Source of the DNA: Candidatus Bathyarchaeota archaeon
GTDB taxonomy: Archaea; Thermoproteota; Bathyarchaeia; Bathyarchaeales; Bathycorpusculaceae
Direction of reading: 5' to 3'
Length of the DNA: 64,000 nt
Assembly (NCBI GenBank): GCA_003151735.1
Contig: PLYI01000118.1
Span: forward strand, 77,030-141,029
The notes under the pieces were generated by a model. It was given only the letters and a program-made list of their open reading frames with translations. It had not been told where the DNA came from and did not search any database. The position numbers and the translations under genes were made by a program. Positions 30,217 through 39,303 of this stretch are shown here, piece after piece (positions within the stretch are counted from its first letter, which is position 1; each line of letters opens with the position of its first letter).

Positions 30217-31199
30217 TGCCGCAAGTAATAGCGTGGACAAACGCTGGCGCAGACGCCATAATCTACAGATACCCAAACGAAGACATCACTTGGGGAGCCC
30301 AACTAATCGTACACGAATACGAGATGGCAGTGTTCTTCCGTGATGGAAAAGCCTACGACGTGTTCGGTCCAGGCAGACACACATTAACCACCCTGAACCT
30401 ACCTTTACTAACAAGTTTGCTAACGCGGTTAGCTGGCTTTGGCGGCAACAAACCGTTTAAAGCAGCAGTCATCTACATCGCCACGAAAGTTTTCAATGGC
30501 AAATGGGGCACAAGTGCACAAACCACAGAGTTGGCTCCGCTTAAAGTGTTTGGGCAATTTCTGTTCAAAATCGAAGATACGTCGCTGTTCGTGAACGAAG
30601 TTGTCGGTGGACAAAACGTGTACACAACGGATGATGTTAATAGCTTCCTGCGAGGTTTTCTAAATGAAAAGATAATTGCGGAACTTTCTCACTATGACTT
30701 AGTCACTGTCTTTACTAGGCTCCAAGAGACATCTGTAATTGTGAAAAATTCCGTCCTAGACTACTTCAAACGCTTAGGCATCGAACTAACCGACCTCCGT
30801 TTCGAAGGCATCGACACCACACCTGAGTACCGTGAACGGCTGTTTTGGCTTAAAACAGGTAGCACCCCAGCAGACACAGTTTTGCGCATGGAAACAGTGA
30901 AGAGCGCAGCAGCGTCTTTGGGTCAATCGGGCGGAGGTGGCGCAGGATTAGGAACAGGTATGGTGCTGATACCTCAAATCATGAATTCAGCAGGTCAAGT
31001 TCAAGCGCAAGCTCCAACAGCGGCTTTAGTGATTTGCCCAAAATGCGGCGCGCATGTACCAGCCACGTCAAAGTTCTGTCCTGAATGCGGAACCAATCTT
31101 ACACCTCCATCGCAAGCCACAATAAACTGCCCGAAATGCGGTCACTCAATTCCTGCTAGCTCAAAGTTTTGTCCTGAATGCGGAGCAACAATATCCTAA
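30216..31199 (+). CDS. SPFH/band-7 domain protein with zinc ribbons (YdjI-like)
   Basis: GAQLIVHEYEMAVFFRDGK, GPGRHTLTTLNLP, KWGT; four CPxCG motifs. Confidence 0.88.
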   Translation: MPQVIAWTNAGADAIIYRYPNEDITWGAQLIVHEYEMAVFFRDGKAYDVFGPGRHTLTTLNLPLLTSLLTRLAGFGGNKPFKAAVIYIATKVFNGKWGTSAQTTELAPLKVFGQFLFKIEDTSLFVNEVVGGQNVYTTDDVNSFLRGFLNEKIIAELSHYDLVTVFTRLQETSVIVKNSVLDYFKRLGIELTDLRFEGIDTTPEYRERLFWLKTGSTPADTVLRMETVKSAAASLGQSGGGGAGLGTGMVLIPQIMNSAGQVQAQAPTAALVICPKCGAHVPATSKFCPECGTNLTPPSQATINCPKCGHSIPASSKFCPECGATIS

Positions 31200-31211
31200 G
31201 AAGGCAATGCA

Positions 31212-31568
31212 ATGTCTGAAAGTAGAAGGCAACTGCTAACCATCGGCGTTTTCTTCATAATCATAGTGGTTGCCATACTGCTTTACCCCGCTAATGTCAC
31301 TCATAACTGGTGGAGTATTCTACAGTTAATCCTTGTTCTTTTTGGGGCATGGATGCTGATTCTTGCAGGTATTAGAGCCATGGGTCCTCAAAAATACGAA
31401 CGCTCCCCGTACAGCACAGTCCAAATGGGCGTGCTTCTCATGGCTTTGGGTGGCGCCTGGTTCCTTTGGGGCATAAACTCAATGGGATGGATATACTCGA
31501 TAGCCCTACTGCTGCTTGCACTCGGCGCCATAGCCATCAATTCGGCAATGCGACGAAAGACACCTTGA
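31212..31568 (+). CDS. Four-TM membrane protein
   Basis: Four hydrophobic helices, in operon with the SPFH gene. Confidence 0.75.
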   Translation: MSESRRQLLTIGVFFIIIVVAILLYPANVTHNWWSILQLILVLFGAWMLILAGIRAMGPQKYERSPYSTVQMGVLLMALGGAWFLWGINSMGWIYSIALLLLALGAIAINSAMRRKTP

Positions 31569-31634
31569 GCCACTTTTTGGCTCTAAACATTTTTCTATCA
31601 CACTGTACAGTCATGATGCAGAAGGCCCAAGGTT

Positions 31635-33236
31635 ATGAGTGAAGAGACTATCGGTCATGGCACATGGTACGACATGATGGCTAAGAAAGTCATCGAAAGA
31701 GAACAATCGCTAAACCGGGATATGAGCAAAATCCGCACCGAAATGGGTCTTGGCGCCTCAGGTTTCCCACACATCGGAAGCCTCGGCGACGCATCGCGCA
31801 GCTACGCCGTTACATTAGCGCTTAAAGACTTAAGTTGTAATTCTGAACTCGTTGCCTTCTGCGACGATAAAGACGGACTACGCAAAGTTCCCGCAGGACT
31901 CCCAAAAGACATGGAAAAATACCTTGGCTACTCCGTTTCAAGTATACCTGACCCGTTTGGATGCCACGAAAGCTACGGCAAACACATGAGCTCGCTTTTG
32001 CTTGACGCGCTGGATAAGTGTGGCATAGAATACAACTATTTTTCCGCAAAGGAAGTTTACAATAAGGGGCTGCTTCTAAACGAGATTCGAACCATACTTA
32101 TCAACGCCAAGAAAGTCGGCGAAATCGTTAAGGAGGAAGTCGGCCAAGAAACCTACACGGAGGTTCTGCCATATTTTGCGGTTTGCGAGAAATGCGGGCA
32201 CCTCTACACGACCCGTGCCTACAAGTTCGACCCCAAAACCGACAAGGTCTCGTATAAATGTGAAGGCCTTGAAATCCGGGACAAACTAATCGCAGGTTGC
32301 GGCCACGAAGGCGAAGTGGACATAAAAAGCGGTGAAGGCAAACTCACGTGGAAAAGCGAATTTGCAGCTCGATGGAAAGCCCTGGACATCAGGTTTGAAG
32401 CATACGGCAAAGACATCGCCGACTCCGTACGCATCAATGACCGCATCTGCCGCGAAGTACTCTGCTTTGAACCGCCATCCCATGCAAAGTACGAGATGTT
32501 CCTTGACAAGGGTGGAAAAAAAATCTCCAAGTCAGCCGGCAATGTGTTTACGCCGCAAATTTGGTTCCAATATGGTTCCCCTCAGTCGCTGCTGTTGCTG
32601 ATGCTTAAACGGTTTGTTGGCACAAGGACTTTGGATGTTTCAGATATTCCAGCCTACATGAATGAAATCGACAGCCTTGAAGATGTTTACTTTGGCAAAA
32701 AACAGGTCGGCGAAAAAGAAGCCACCAAACTCAAAGGCTTATACCTCTACTGCTACGTCATGAAACCGCCTGCTAAACCCAGCATCCACGTACCCTACAA
32801 CCTAATGGCGTTTCTTGTAAAGATGGCGCCCAAAGAATGCCTAAACGACTATGTAGCCGAAAAACTGCAAAGTTACGGTTACCTGCAGAAGAACCAAGCC
32901 TTAGACGCAAACCTTCTTCAACGAATAGAGTACGCGTTGAACTGGACACAGGATTTTGAAGAAATAAAAGAAACCGCAATAGACCTAACCGCAGAAGAAA
33001 AGAAAGCCATCGAGGAACTCATCACTAAATTTCAAGCCGAAGACGACCCTGAAAAAATCCAAAACGCCATCTTCAACGCCGCCAAAGACAACAGCATAAA
33101 ACCTGGCGCTTTCTTCAAAACCCTCTACCAAGTTCTGATGGGTGCACCGCAAGGTCCAAGGTTAGGGCCATATGTGCTTGCTATGGGAAAACAAAACGTC
33201 ATCGCGGCTCTACAAAGAGTTCTAAGTAAAAGTTAG
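31635..33236 (+). CDS. lysS: Lysine--tRNA ligase, class I
   Basis: ASGFPHIGS, KISKSAGN, GPRLG. Confidence 0.96.
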   Translation: MSEETIGHGTWYDMMAKKVIEREQSLNRDMSKIRTEMGLGASGFPHIGSLGDASRSYAVTLALKDLSCNSELVAFCDDKDGLRKVPAGLPKDMEKYLGYSVSSIPDPFGCHESYGKHMSSLLLDALDKCGIEYNYFSAKEVYNKGLLLNEIRTILINAKKVGEIVKEEVGQETYTEVLPYFAVCEKCGHLYTTRAYKFDPKTDKVSYKCEGLEIRDKLIAGCGHEGEVDIKSGEGKLTWKSEFAARWKALDIRFEAYGKDIADSVRINDRICREVLCFEPPSHAKYEMFLDKGGKKISKSAGNVFTPQIWFQYGSPQSLLLLMLKRFVGTRTLDVSDIPAYMNEIDSLEDVYFGKKQVGEKEATKLKGLYLYCYVMKPPAKPSIHVPYNLMAFLVKMAPKECLNDYVAEKLQSYGYLQKNQALDANLLQRIEYALNWTQDFEEIKETAIDLTAEEKKAIEELITKFQAEDDPEKIQNAIFNAAKDNSIKPGAFFKTLYQVLMGAPQGPRLGPYVLAMGKQNVIAALQRVLSKS

Positions 33237-33343
33237 CTGTTACCCAATTTTTCTTCTTTTTCTTCAACCCTTTTTGTTCCTTCACGAAAACGGATAAGCA
33301 TAAATATTCATGGCTAAAGAGTGATTTTGGAGAGCAGCCATAA

Positions 33344-34129
33344 TTGGGTTATCCAGCTTTAACTGATCTTGCAACTTTTATTCTGGTTCTAGGAGTTGGG
33401 ATTCCCTTTGTCTACATCTTTTCGAAGATTTTGAAGTTGCATCCGCAGCTTTTGATTTTTTCGGAAAAGAAGAAAGAGGTAATTTTGAGTTTCATTGTTT
33501 TTATTGCCGTTTTTGCTGGAGCATTTGGAATTTACGGATTTTACGATAGGGTGTGGATACGAGCTACTTTGACGGCTGATCCTCTTTACGTCCTGAGAGA
33601 CTTGATTGCAATAGCCATACTTCTGTTGCCGGTGGTTGTTGCTTTAAAGTTTTCAAAGCAGAACTTAAAAGACATTGCCTTAACCCGTAGAAACCTCAGA
33701 AAGAATCTTGCTTTGGGCTTGTTGATGAGTTTAATGCTTATTTTGTTTTTAGGTGTTCTTTCCCCTTTTTTGGGAGGCGGCTTCGCGGGATTTTCTGTAG
33801 CAACCGGGTATTTGTTTTTGAGTTATGTAATCATCGGGTTTGGTGAAGAAATCGTTTTTCGAGGTTACATACAAACAAGGTTAGTTGCCTACAGCGGGTC
33901 AGCCATAGGCATCGGTGTTACATCGCTCTGTTACGCTGCATATAATTTTCCATTGGGGTACTTTTGCTTCTCAGGAAATATTGCGTTAGCCGCGGTGTAC
34001 GCTGTTTGGAGATTTTCATCAGGCTTGCTCTATGGCTACACGTTTCACAAAAGCCAAAGCGTTCTTTCATCCACTATTGTCCATATCTTTCTAGTTTGGG
34101 GAGGACTGTTGTTTAGCTTATATTTGTGA
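33344..34129 (+). CDS. CPBP (CAAX protease/Abi) family membrane protein
   Basis: EEIVFRGY motif; multi-TM. Confidence 0.82.
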   Translation: MGYPALTDLATFILVLGVGIPFVYIFSKILKLHPQLLIFSEKKKEVILSFIVFIAVFAGAFGIYGFYDRVWIRATLTADPLYVLRDLIAIAILLLPVVVALKFSKQNLKDIALTRRNLRKNLALGLLMSLMLILFLGVLSPFLGGGFAGFSVATGYLFLSYVIIGFGEEIVFRGYIQTRLVAYSGSAIGIGVTSLCYAAYNFPLGYFCFSGNIALAAVYAVWRFSSGLLYGYTFHKSQSVLSSTIVHIFLVWGGLLFSLYL

Positions 34130-34255
34130 TTGGCAAAATTTGATTTCTATTATTAGGAAAATCGATGGAGTTTTTATCGGATGCAAAAGCCTTAACTTGT
34201 CTTGCTTCCTAATAATAATTAGTAAACTATTTCTCAGCCTTTTAGGGAGGAATTT

Positions 34256-35884
34256 ATGGTTGAGTTCCAAGACTCTGCCAAAATAGAGCCAAAAAAAGGA
34301 AAATCCAACGAAACCGTTAAATCAGGTGATTCTCTTACGGCTGGCGCCTTTTCTTGCGCTTTAAATTTGGATGAAGAGCGGCTGAGAGACTTTTTAGAAA
34401 ACATTCCTTCTGCAGTGATAGTTGTTGAAAAGCCCGATGTCAAAGTAACCTACGCTAACAAGAGAGCCATTGAACTTGTTGGTACAAACCCATGCGGTGT
34501 TGAAGTGAACAAGTACCCTGAAAGTTTTAAGATTTTAACAATGGAAGGTAAAGTCTGTCCATCCGAAGAACTTTACACTTATAGGGCATTGTTTAACGAG
34601 GAAACATTTAGAAATTCAACGGCAATTGTTGAGCAACCAAATGGAAAGCGGTTTATTGTGGTAGTAAGCGCAAAACCGCTATACGATAAAGATGGCAAGG
34701 TTAACTCTGCAGTTGCAGTTTTCGAAGATGTAACTGCCCACGTTAATACCCAAAATTCACTTGCGGAAAGCGAGGAGCGACTGAAAATGGCTCAGGAAAT
34801 TGCACATGTGGGCAGCTGGGAGTACTCTGTTAAAGATGACAAAGCAATTTGGTCTGAAGAATTGTTCCATATCTTTGGGTTAAAACCGCAGAAGTACGGT
34901 CCAAACGTCAACGAATACGTGGCTAGAATTTATCCTGATGATAGGGAAATGATAAACAAATCAATGGAGCAACTGATCTTTAAGGGTAGCTTATCCTCTA
35001 AAGCAAATTTTGATTACCGCATTATTCATGAAGACGGTTCTGTACGCGCTATACATTCTGAGCGAATAGTCAAGGAACTTGGCGAAGATAACAAGCCGAC
35101 AAGAATAGTTGGCATAGAACAGAACATAACTGAACACAAACAAACTGAGCAGAAGCTAGAAGAATACACGAAGAATTTAGAGCAGCTTGTTGAGGAGCGA
35201 ACAAAACAGCTCAAGGACGCCGAACGATTGGCGGCTATTGGGCAGACCGCGGGCATGATTGGTCATGATATCCGTAACCCTTTGCAGGTGATTGCTGATG
35301 AATTGTTTTTGATGAAGCAAGACGTGTCTGGTTCGCCTGACAGTGAATGCAAACACGACGTAGAGGAAAGTTTGGTTTCTATCCAAGAGCAAGTTGATTA
35401 CATGGACAAAATTATTTCTGATTTGCAGGATTTTGCCAGACCGCTCAACCCTGAGTTAGTGGATGTTGAGCTTTGCAGCGCCATACCACAATTGGTTTCA
35501 ACGGTTAATGTGCCAGACAACATTGAAGCGGTAGCAAGATGCGAGGGTGATTTACCGAGAATTAAGCTGGATTTAACTTTCCTGAAACGCATCTTGGTTA
35601 ACTTAGCAAATAACGCCATTCAAGCCATGCCAAACGGCGGAAAACTAACCATAAAAGCCTCTCAAAAAGCCGAAACGGTTTCCATCACTGTTTCCGATAC
35701 CGGCGTAGGCATTCCAGACGAGATAAAACCAAAAATCTTCCAGCCGCTAATGACCACTAAATCCAAGGGGCAAGGCTTCGGGCTAGCTGTTGTAAAGCGT
35801 TTAGTGGAAGCGCAGGGCGGCTCCATAACGTTTGAGAGTAAAGTGGGCGAAGGAACCAAGTTCAAATTGACTTTTCATAAATAA
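34256..35884 (+). CDS. PAS-domain sensor histidine kinase
   Basis: Two PAS/PAC domains, GHDIRNPL, NAIQAM, DTGVG, GQGFGL. Confidence 0.95.
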   Translation: MVEFQDSAKIEPKKGKSNETVKSGDSLTAGAFSCALNLDEERLRDFLENIPSAVIVVEKPDVKVTYANKRAIELVGTNPCGVEVNKYPESFKILTMEGKVCPSEELYTYRALFNEETFRNSTAIVEQPNGKRFIVVVSAKPLYDKDGKVNSAVAVFEDVTAHVNTQNSLAESEERLKMAQEIAHVGSWEYSVKDDKAIWSEELFHIFGLKPQKYGPNVNEYVARIYPDDREMINKSMEQLIFKGSLSSKANFDYRIIHEDGSVRAIHSERIVKELGEDNKPTRIVGIEQNITEHKQTEQKLEEYTKNLEQLVEERTKQLKDAERLAAIGQTAGMIGHDIRNPLQVIADELFLMKQDVSGSPDSECKHDVEESLVSIQEQVDYMDKIISDLQDFARPLNPELVDVELCSAIPQLVSTVNVPDNIEAVARCEGDLPRIKLDLTFLKRILVNLANNAIQAMPNGGKLTIKASQKAETVSITVSDTGVGIPDEIKPKIFQPLMTTKSKGQGFGLAVVKRLVEAQGGSITFESKVGEGTKFKLTFHK

Positions 35885-35978
35885 CAGGCGTGTTCAAGAC
35901 CGCCAAGACCACTATTTTTAAGTTTAAGCAAAGTATTTAATATTCTGCCCTTTTAGTTTCTGGGTGCAAACAAGCGTT

Positions 35979-36057
35979 GGGCTCGTCGTCTAGTACGGAT
36001 TAGGGCACCGGCCTGCGGAGCCGGACGTCATGGGTTCAAATCCCATCGGGCCCGCCA
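35979..36057 (+). tRNA. tRNA-Arg(GCG), CCA encoded
   Basis: GGGCTCG/CGGGCCC acceptor stem, CCGGC-CTGCGGA-GCCGG anticodon arm, ATGGG-TTCAAAT-CCCAT T arm. Confidence 0.95.
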
Positions 36058-36093
36058 CCAAACTTCACCTGCAAGTATTCTTTTAGGTTTCCA

Positions 36094-36759
36094 GTGCGCT
36101 TATTGTCTTATATGGGAACTTCAAGCAGCGACGCGACGTTTATGGGTCAATTCAGGCGACCGACTGGTGTTCAAGGCAGAGCTGTTGCCGCCCTAATGAA
36201 TAAAGAACACAATCTCCTGTCAACTTGGGGACTGAACCATATCAAAATCGAACCTGCCTTTACCGTTTTAGATGTGGGTTGCGGAGGAGGCAAAACCATA
36301 GGTAAACTGGCAAAGCGAACGGTTCAAGGCAGAGTTTTCGGCATTGACTACTCAAAAGATATGGTTGAGTACTCCAAAGAAGAAAACAAGAAACTTGTAG
36401 ATGAAGCTCGAGTAGTGCTCATTGGAGGCTCGGTGGAAAAAATGGGTTTTCCCGCTAACTTCTTTGATTTAGTCACAGCGATTGAAACTTACTATTTCTG
36501 GCCCAACCTTACAAAAGCTTTTCAAGAGATAAATCGGGTCCTCAAACAAGGCGGAAAAATACTTATCGTAAGTGAAATGATTAAGGATGGCAAATATGAA
36601 ATAGAGAATGCTGAAACTATTGCGAAAGCGCATGTCAAGCTGCTTTCACTACAGGAAATTGAAAGTATGCTGCGGTCTGCCGGGTTTTTCAACGTAAAAA
36701 TTTTCAGAAAACCCTGTTCACCTTGGAACGCCATTCTCGCCCAAAAAGGCAACGAATAA
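36094..36759 (+). CDS. Class I SAM-dependent methyltransferase
   Basis: VLDVGCGGG, GIDYS, RVLKQGG; true start may be a downstream ATG. Confidence 0.9.
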   Translation: MRLLSYMGTSSSDATFMGQFRRPTGVQGRAVAALMNKEHNLLSTWGLNHIKIEPAFTVLDVGCGGGKTIGKLAKRTVQGRVFGIDYSKDMVEYSKEENKKLVDEARVVLIGGSVEKMGFPANFFDLVTAIETYYFWPNLTKAFQEINRVLKQGGKILIVSEMIKDGKYEIENAETIAKAHVKLLSLQEIESMLRSAGFFNVKIFRKPCSPWNAILAQKGNE

Positions 36760-36832
36760 AATCTTTGCAGTCTTAGGCGCTGAATTATTCGTTTTCTATA
36801 TTTTGGCGAGTTTTTAACGACAGTCGGCTATC

Positions 36833-39190
36833 TTAATTATGATTAAAGTAAATGCGTATCTTCATTGCTATTTGATATAGAAAGCTGCTTATGGCGATGG
36901 CGAACGCTGGAAACGCTGGCAGAATGTACCAGGAAAGTTTTGTTTGGGCAACCGTGAACACTAAAAGCACGATACCCATCCATGCAAGAATTAAAGCGTC
37001 AGCCTTAAGACGCTTAACAAACACGTTGAACGCGCAAAGCCCCGCTGCAAAAGGCAAAAGAATTGCCCAGACCTTTTCGTTGGTGGCTAAGTAGCTGAAA
37101 TAGAAAACGGGGCTTCCGCCGTGGCTTTCAAGCGGGCTGACTGTTCGCAGAAAGCCGCAATACACCACAAACCAGTACCCGAAATTCGACCCAAAACTCA
37201 GGAACATGTACACTAAATAGGGCGAAAGAACAAGAAGTCCAATTCCCCAAAAAGCAGTAAAATGCTTTTTGAATAGAAATCTGATGCTTCTTTTTGTCAC
37301 CAAAAGATAAGAAAATATGATTAGCGGAATCAGCAGAGCCTCAACCTGCTTTGTTAACAACGCTAAACCAAAAAACAAGCCGCTTAAAATGACGTAACTA
37401 TTGATTTTTTCTGTTTTCTCGCTCAACACAAAAAAGTAAAAACTTGCCTCGATGAAAAATACAAAGAAAACATCAGTCATGGCATGTCTTGCAAACAAGT
37501 AGAAAATGTTAAAAGTGCCTAAAACCAACGCCGACGCAAACCCAACGTAGCGATTGTAGAGTTTCTTAGCTAAAAAGTAAACCAGAACCAAAGTTAAAGA
37601 ACCAAATATCGCGCTCCATAACCTTGTGACAAAATTGTTAACACCGAAGACTTGGTAAGCAAGAGACATAAACCACATAGGCAGCGGCGGCTTACCGATC
37701 CAAACCGCCAAACCTCCAAAAGCATAAGGCGTCAGGTAATCTCCGCTTTTAACCATGTGGTATGCCCATTGCGAGTACGTTTGCTCGTCAGCTGCCCAAA
37801 GGGATCCACTGCCAAGATTTAGGAAGAAAATTGTGGAAAATGCAAGAATTACCAAAATGCATATGGCGTCGATGTGTGCTGAAAACCAAGGTGACTTTTC
37901 ACTAAGTGTACCATTGCGTTGAGCACTTCGCTTAGTCTGCCTATTTGAGTAAGTAAAGCGTAGAATTGTGAAAAGAATTATTGCTGTCGCGGCAACTGCG
38001 ATGGCGTCAAAGGTAACCGTCGTCCAAGCTATAGAACTGGTTGATGAAATGCTTTCTGGGGCTGACTCTGTTAGGGTAAAGGCGTAGAGTCGGTGGTCGC
38101 TTGAACCGATGTAGAGAGTCCCGTTTACGATAGCTGGTGACGAATCCACGATATTGCCTGTTGCGTAACTCCATTTTTCTGCTCCAGTTGAAGCGTTAAA
38201 GCAGTAGATGCTGTAGTCTTCAGAGCCCACATAGACGTTGCCACCCGCTATTGCAGGCGAAGATCGAACCCAATACCCAGTTGATGCCTGCCAAATTTTC
38301 ACGCCGTTAGAAGCGTTTAAAGCATAAACATTGTTGTCCTCAGAGCCCACGTAAACATATCCATCAGCCACCGCTGGAGAAGAGTCTATAGCATCTTGCG
38401 TTTGGAATTGCCAAATCTGATCGCCTGTGGAAGCATTTAAGCCGCTAACGTAGCCATCGTATGAACCCACGTAAACATATCCATTGTATACGCTTGGTGA
38501 AGAGATGACGCTCCCAGTATGATGCTTCCACAATTCCTTGCCTGTCGAGGCATTTAGAGCATGAACACAAAAATCGTCCGTAGCAACGTACACTACGCCA
38601 TCTGAGATAGCAGGCGATGAATCCACCCGGAGCGAAGTTTGAAAAATCCAAACTAAATTTCCGTTTGAAGCGTTAAAACAGAAAACACCCTGTTTCCCAG
38701 AACCCACATAGACAAAGCCATTTGTCACCGCAGGAGAAGACAGAACTTTTCCTCCAACCATCGATATCCAAACGGGCATCCCATTGGCAACATCTAAACT
38801 GTAAACCCAACCGTCATAAGAACTTACATAGACCCGTCCATCATAGATAGCGGGCGAAGAGTCCACTTCATCTCCAGTTGTAAAATTCCACACAAGCTGA
38901 CCGTTAGAGGCATTGAGACTGTAGATATTGCCATCTTTGCCACCTACAACGACGTAGCCGTCTGCTATTGAAGGCGACGAAACGACTTCTGCGCCCGTTG
39001 TATAATTCCATAAAGGCTTAGCTGAATTGGCTGGGTTGCCGCTGGTTGTGTAGCCGCTGTGGTTTAGGTCACCTCGGAACGTTATCCAGTCGTCGTTGCT
39101 TGAACTGGGGTTGGCGGCTGAGGCTACTGCCACAGATTGGATTAGAATCAGAGAAACGAGGGTGATTAGTATCCAATTGGTTTTTCTCAT
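36833..39190 (-). CDS. Fusion of PQQ-like beta-propeller and GT-C (ArnT/PMT-like) glycosyltransferase
   Basis: Signal peptide, about 8 SSPA..G.VYVGS.D repeats, then ADEQTY, KPPL, ALLTK, WYILPAFP multi-TM domain. Confidence 0.88.
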   Translation of the reverse strand: MRKTNWILITLVSLILIQSVAVASAANPSSSNDDWITFRGDLNHSGYTTSGNPANSAKPLWNYTTGAEVVSSPSIADGYVVVGGKDGNIYSLNASNGQLVWNFTTGDEVDSSPAIYDGRVYVSSYDGWVYSLDVANGMPVWISMVGGKVLSSPAVTNGFVYVGSGKQGVFCFNASNGNLVWIFQTSLRVDSSPAISDGVVYVATDDFCVHALNASTGKELWKHHTGSVISSPSVYNGYVYVGSYDGYVSGLNASTGDQIWQFQTQDAIDSSPAVADGYVYVGSEDNNVYALNASNGVKIWQASTGYWVRSSPAIAGGNVYVGSEDYSIYCFNASTGAEKWSYATGNIVDSSPAIVNGTLYIGSSDHRLYAFTLTESAPESISSTSSIAWTTVTFDAIAVAATAIILFTILRFTYSNRQTKRSAQRNGTLSEKSPWFSAHIDAICILVILAFSTIFFLNLGSGSLWAADEQTYSQWAYHMVKSGDYLTPYAFGGLAVWIGKPPLPMWFMSLAYQVFGVNNFVTRLWSAIFGSLTLVLVYFLAKKLYNRYVGFASALVLGTFNIFYLFARHAMTDVFFVFFIEASFYFFVLSEKTEKINSYVILSGLFFGLALLTKQVEALLIPLIIFSYLLVTKRSIRFLFKKHFTAFWGIGLLVLSPYLVYMFLSFGSNFGYWFVVYCGFLRTVSPLESHGGSPVFYFSYLATNEKVWAILLPFAAGLCAFNVFVKRLKADALILAWMGIVLLVFTVAQTKLSWYILPAFPAFAIAISSFLYQIAMKIRIYFNHN

Positions 39191-39245
39191 TGCATCATAC
39201 AGGAACCATTTTTAAATTAAAGAATATATTAAACTATTGAACTTC

Positions 39246-39262
39246 AGGAGCCGTCGGCTCCT
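39246..39262. other. Palindrome AGGAGCCG-T-CGGCTCCT (terminator or operator)
   Basis: 8-bp arms between two minus-strand genes. Confidence 0.35.
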
Positions 39263-39303
39263 CTTTCTCACATTGAAGTTTACTTTGTTTTTTGCTAAAG
39301 AAA

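Noticed and set aside
36055-36060. Genomic CCACCA after tRNA-Arg as a decay tag or att remnant
   Set aside because: Easily chance; I saw no second copy of either tRNA 3' end in the window.
38080-39010. Periodic ~120-bp repeats
   Set aside because: Explained by beta-propeller blades in the protein.
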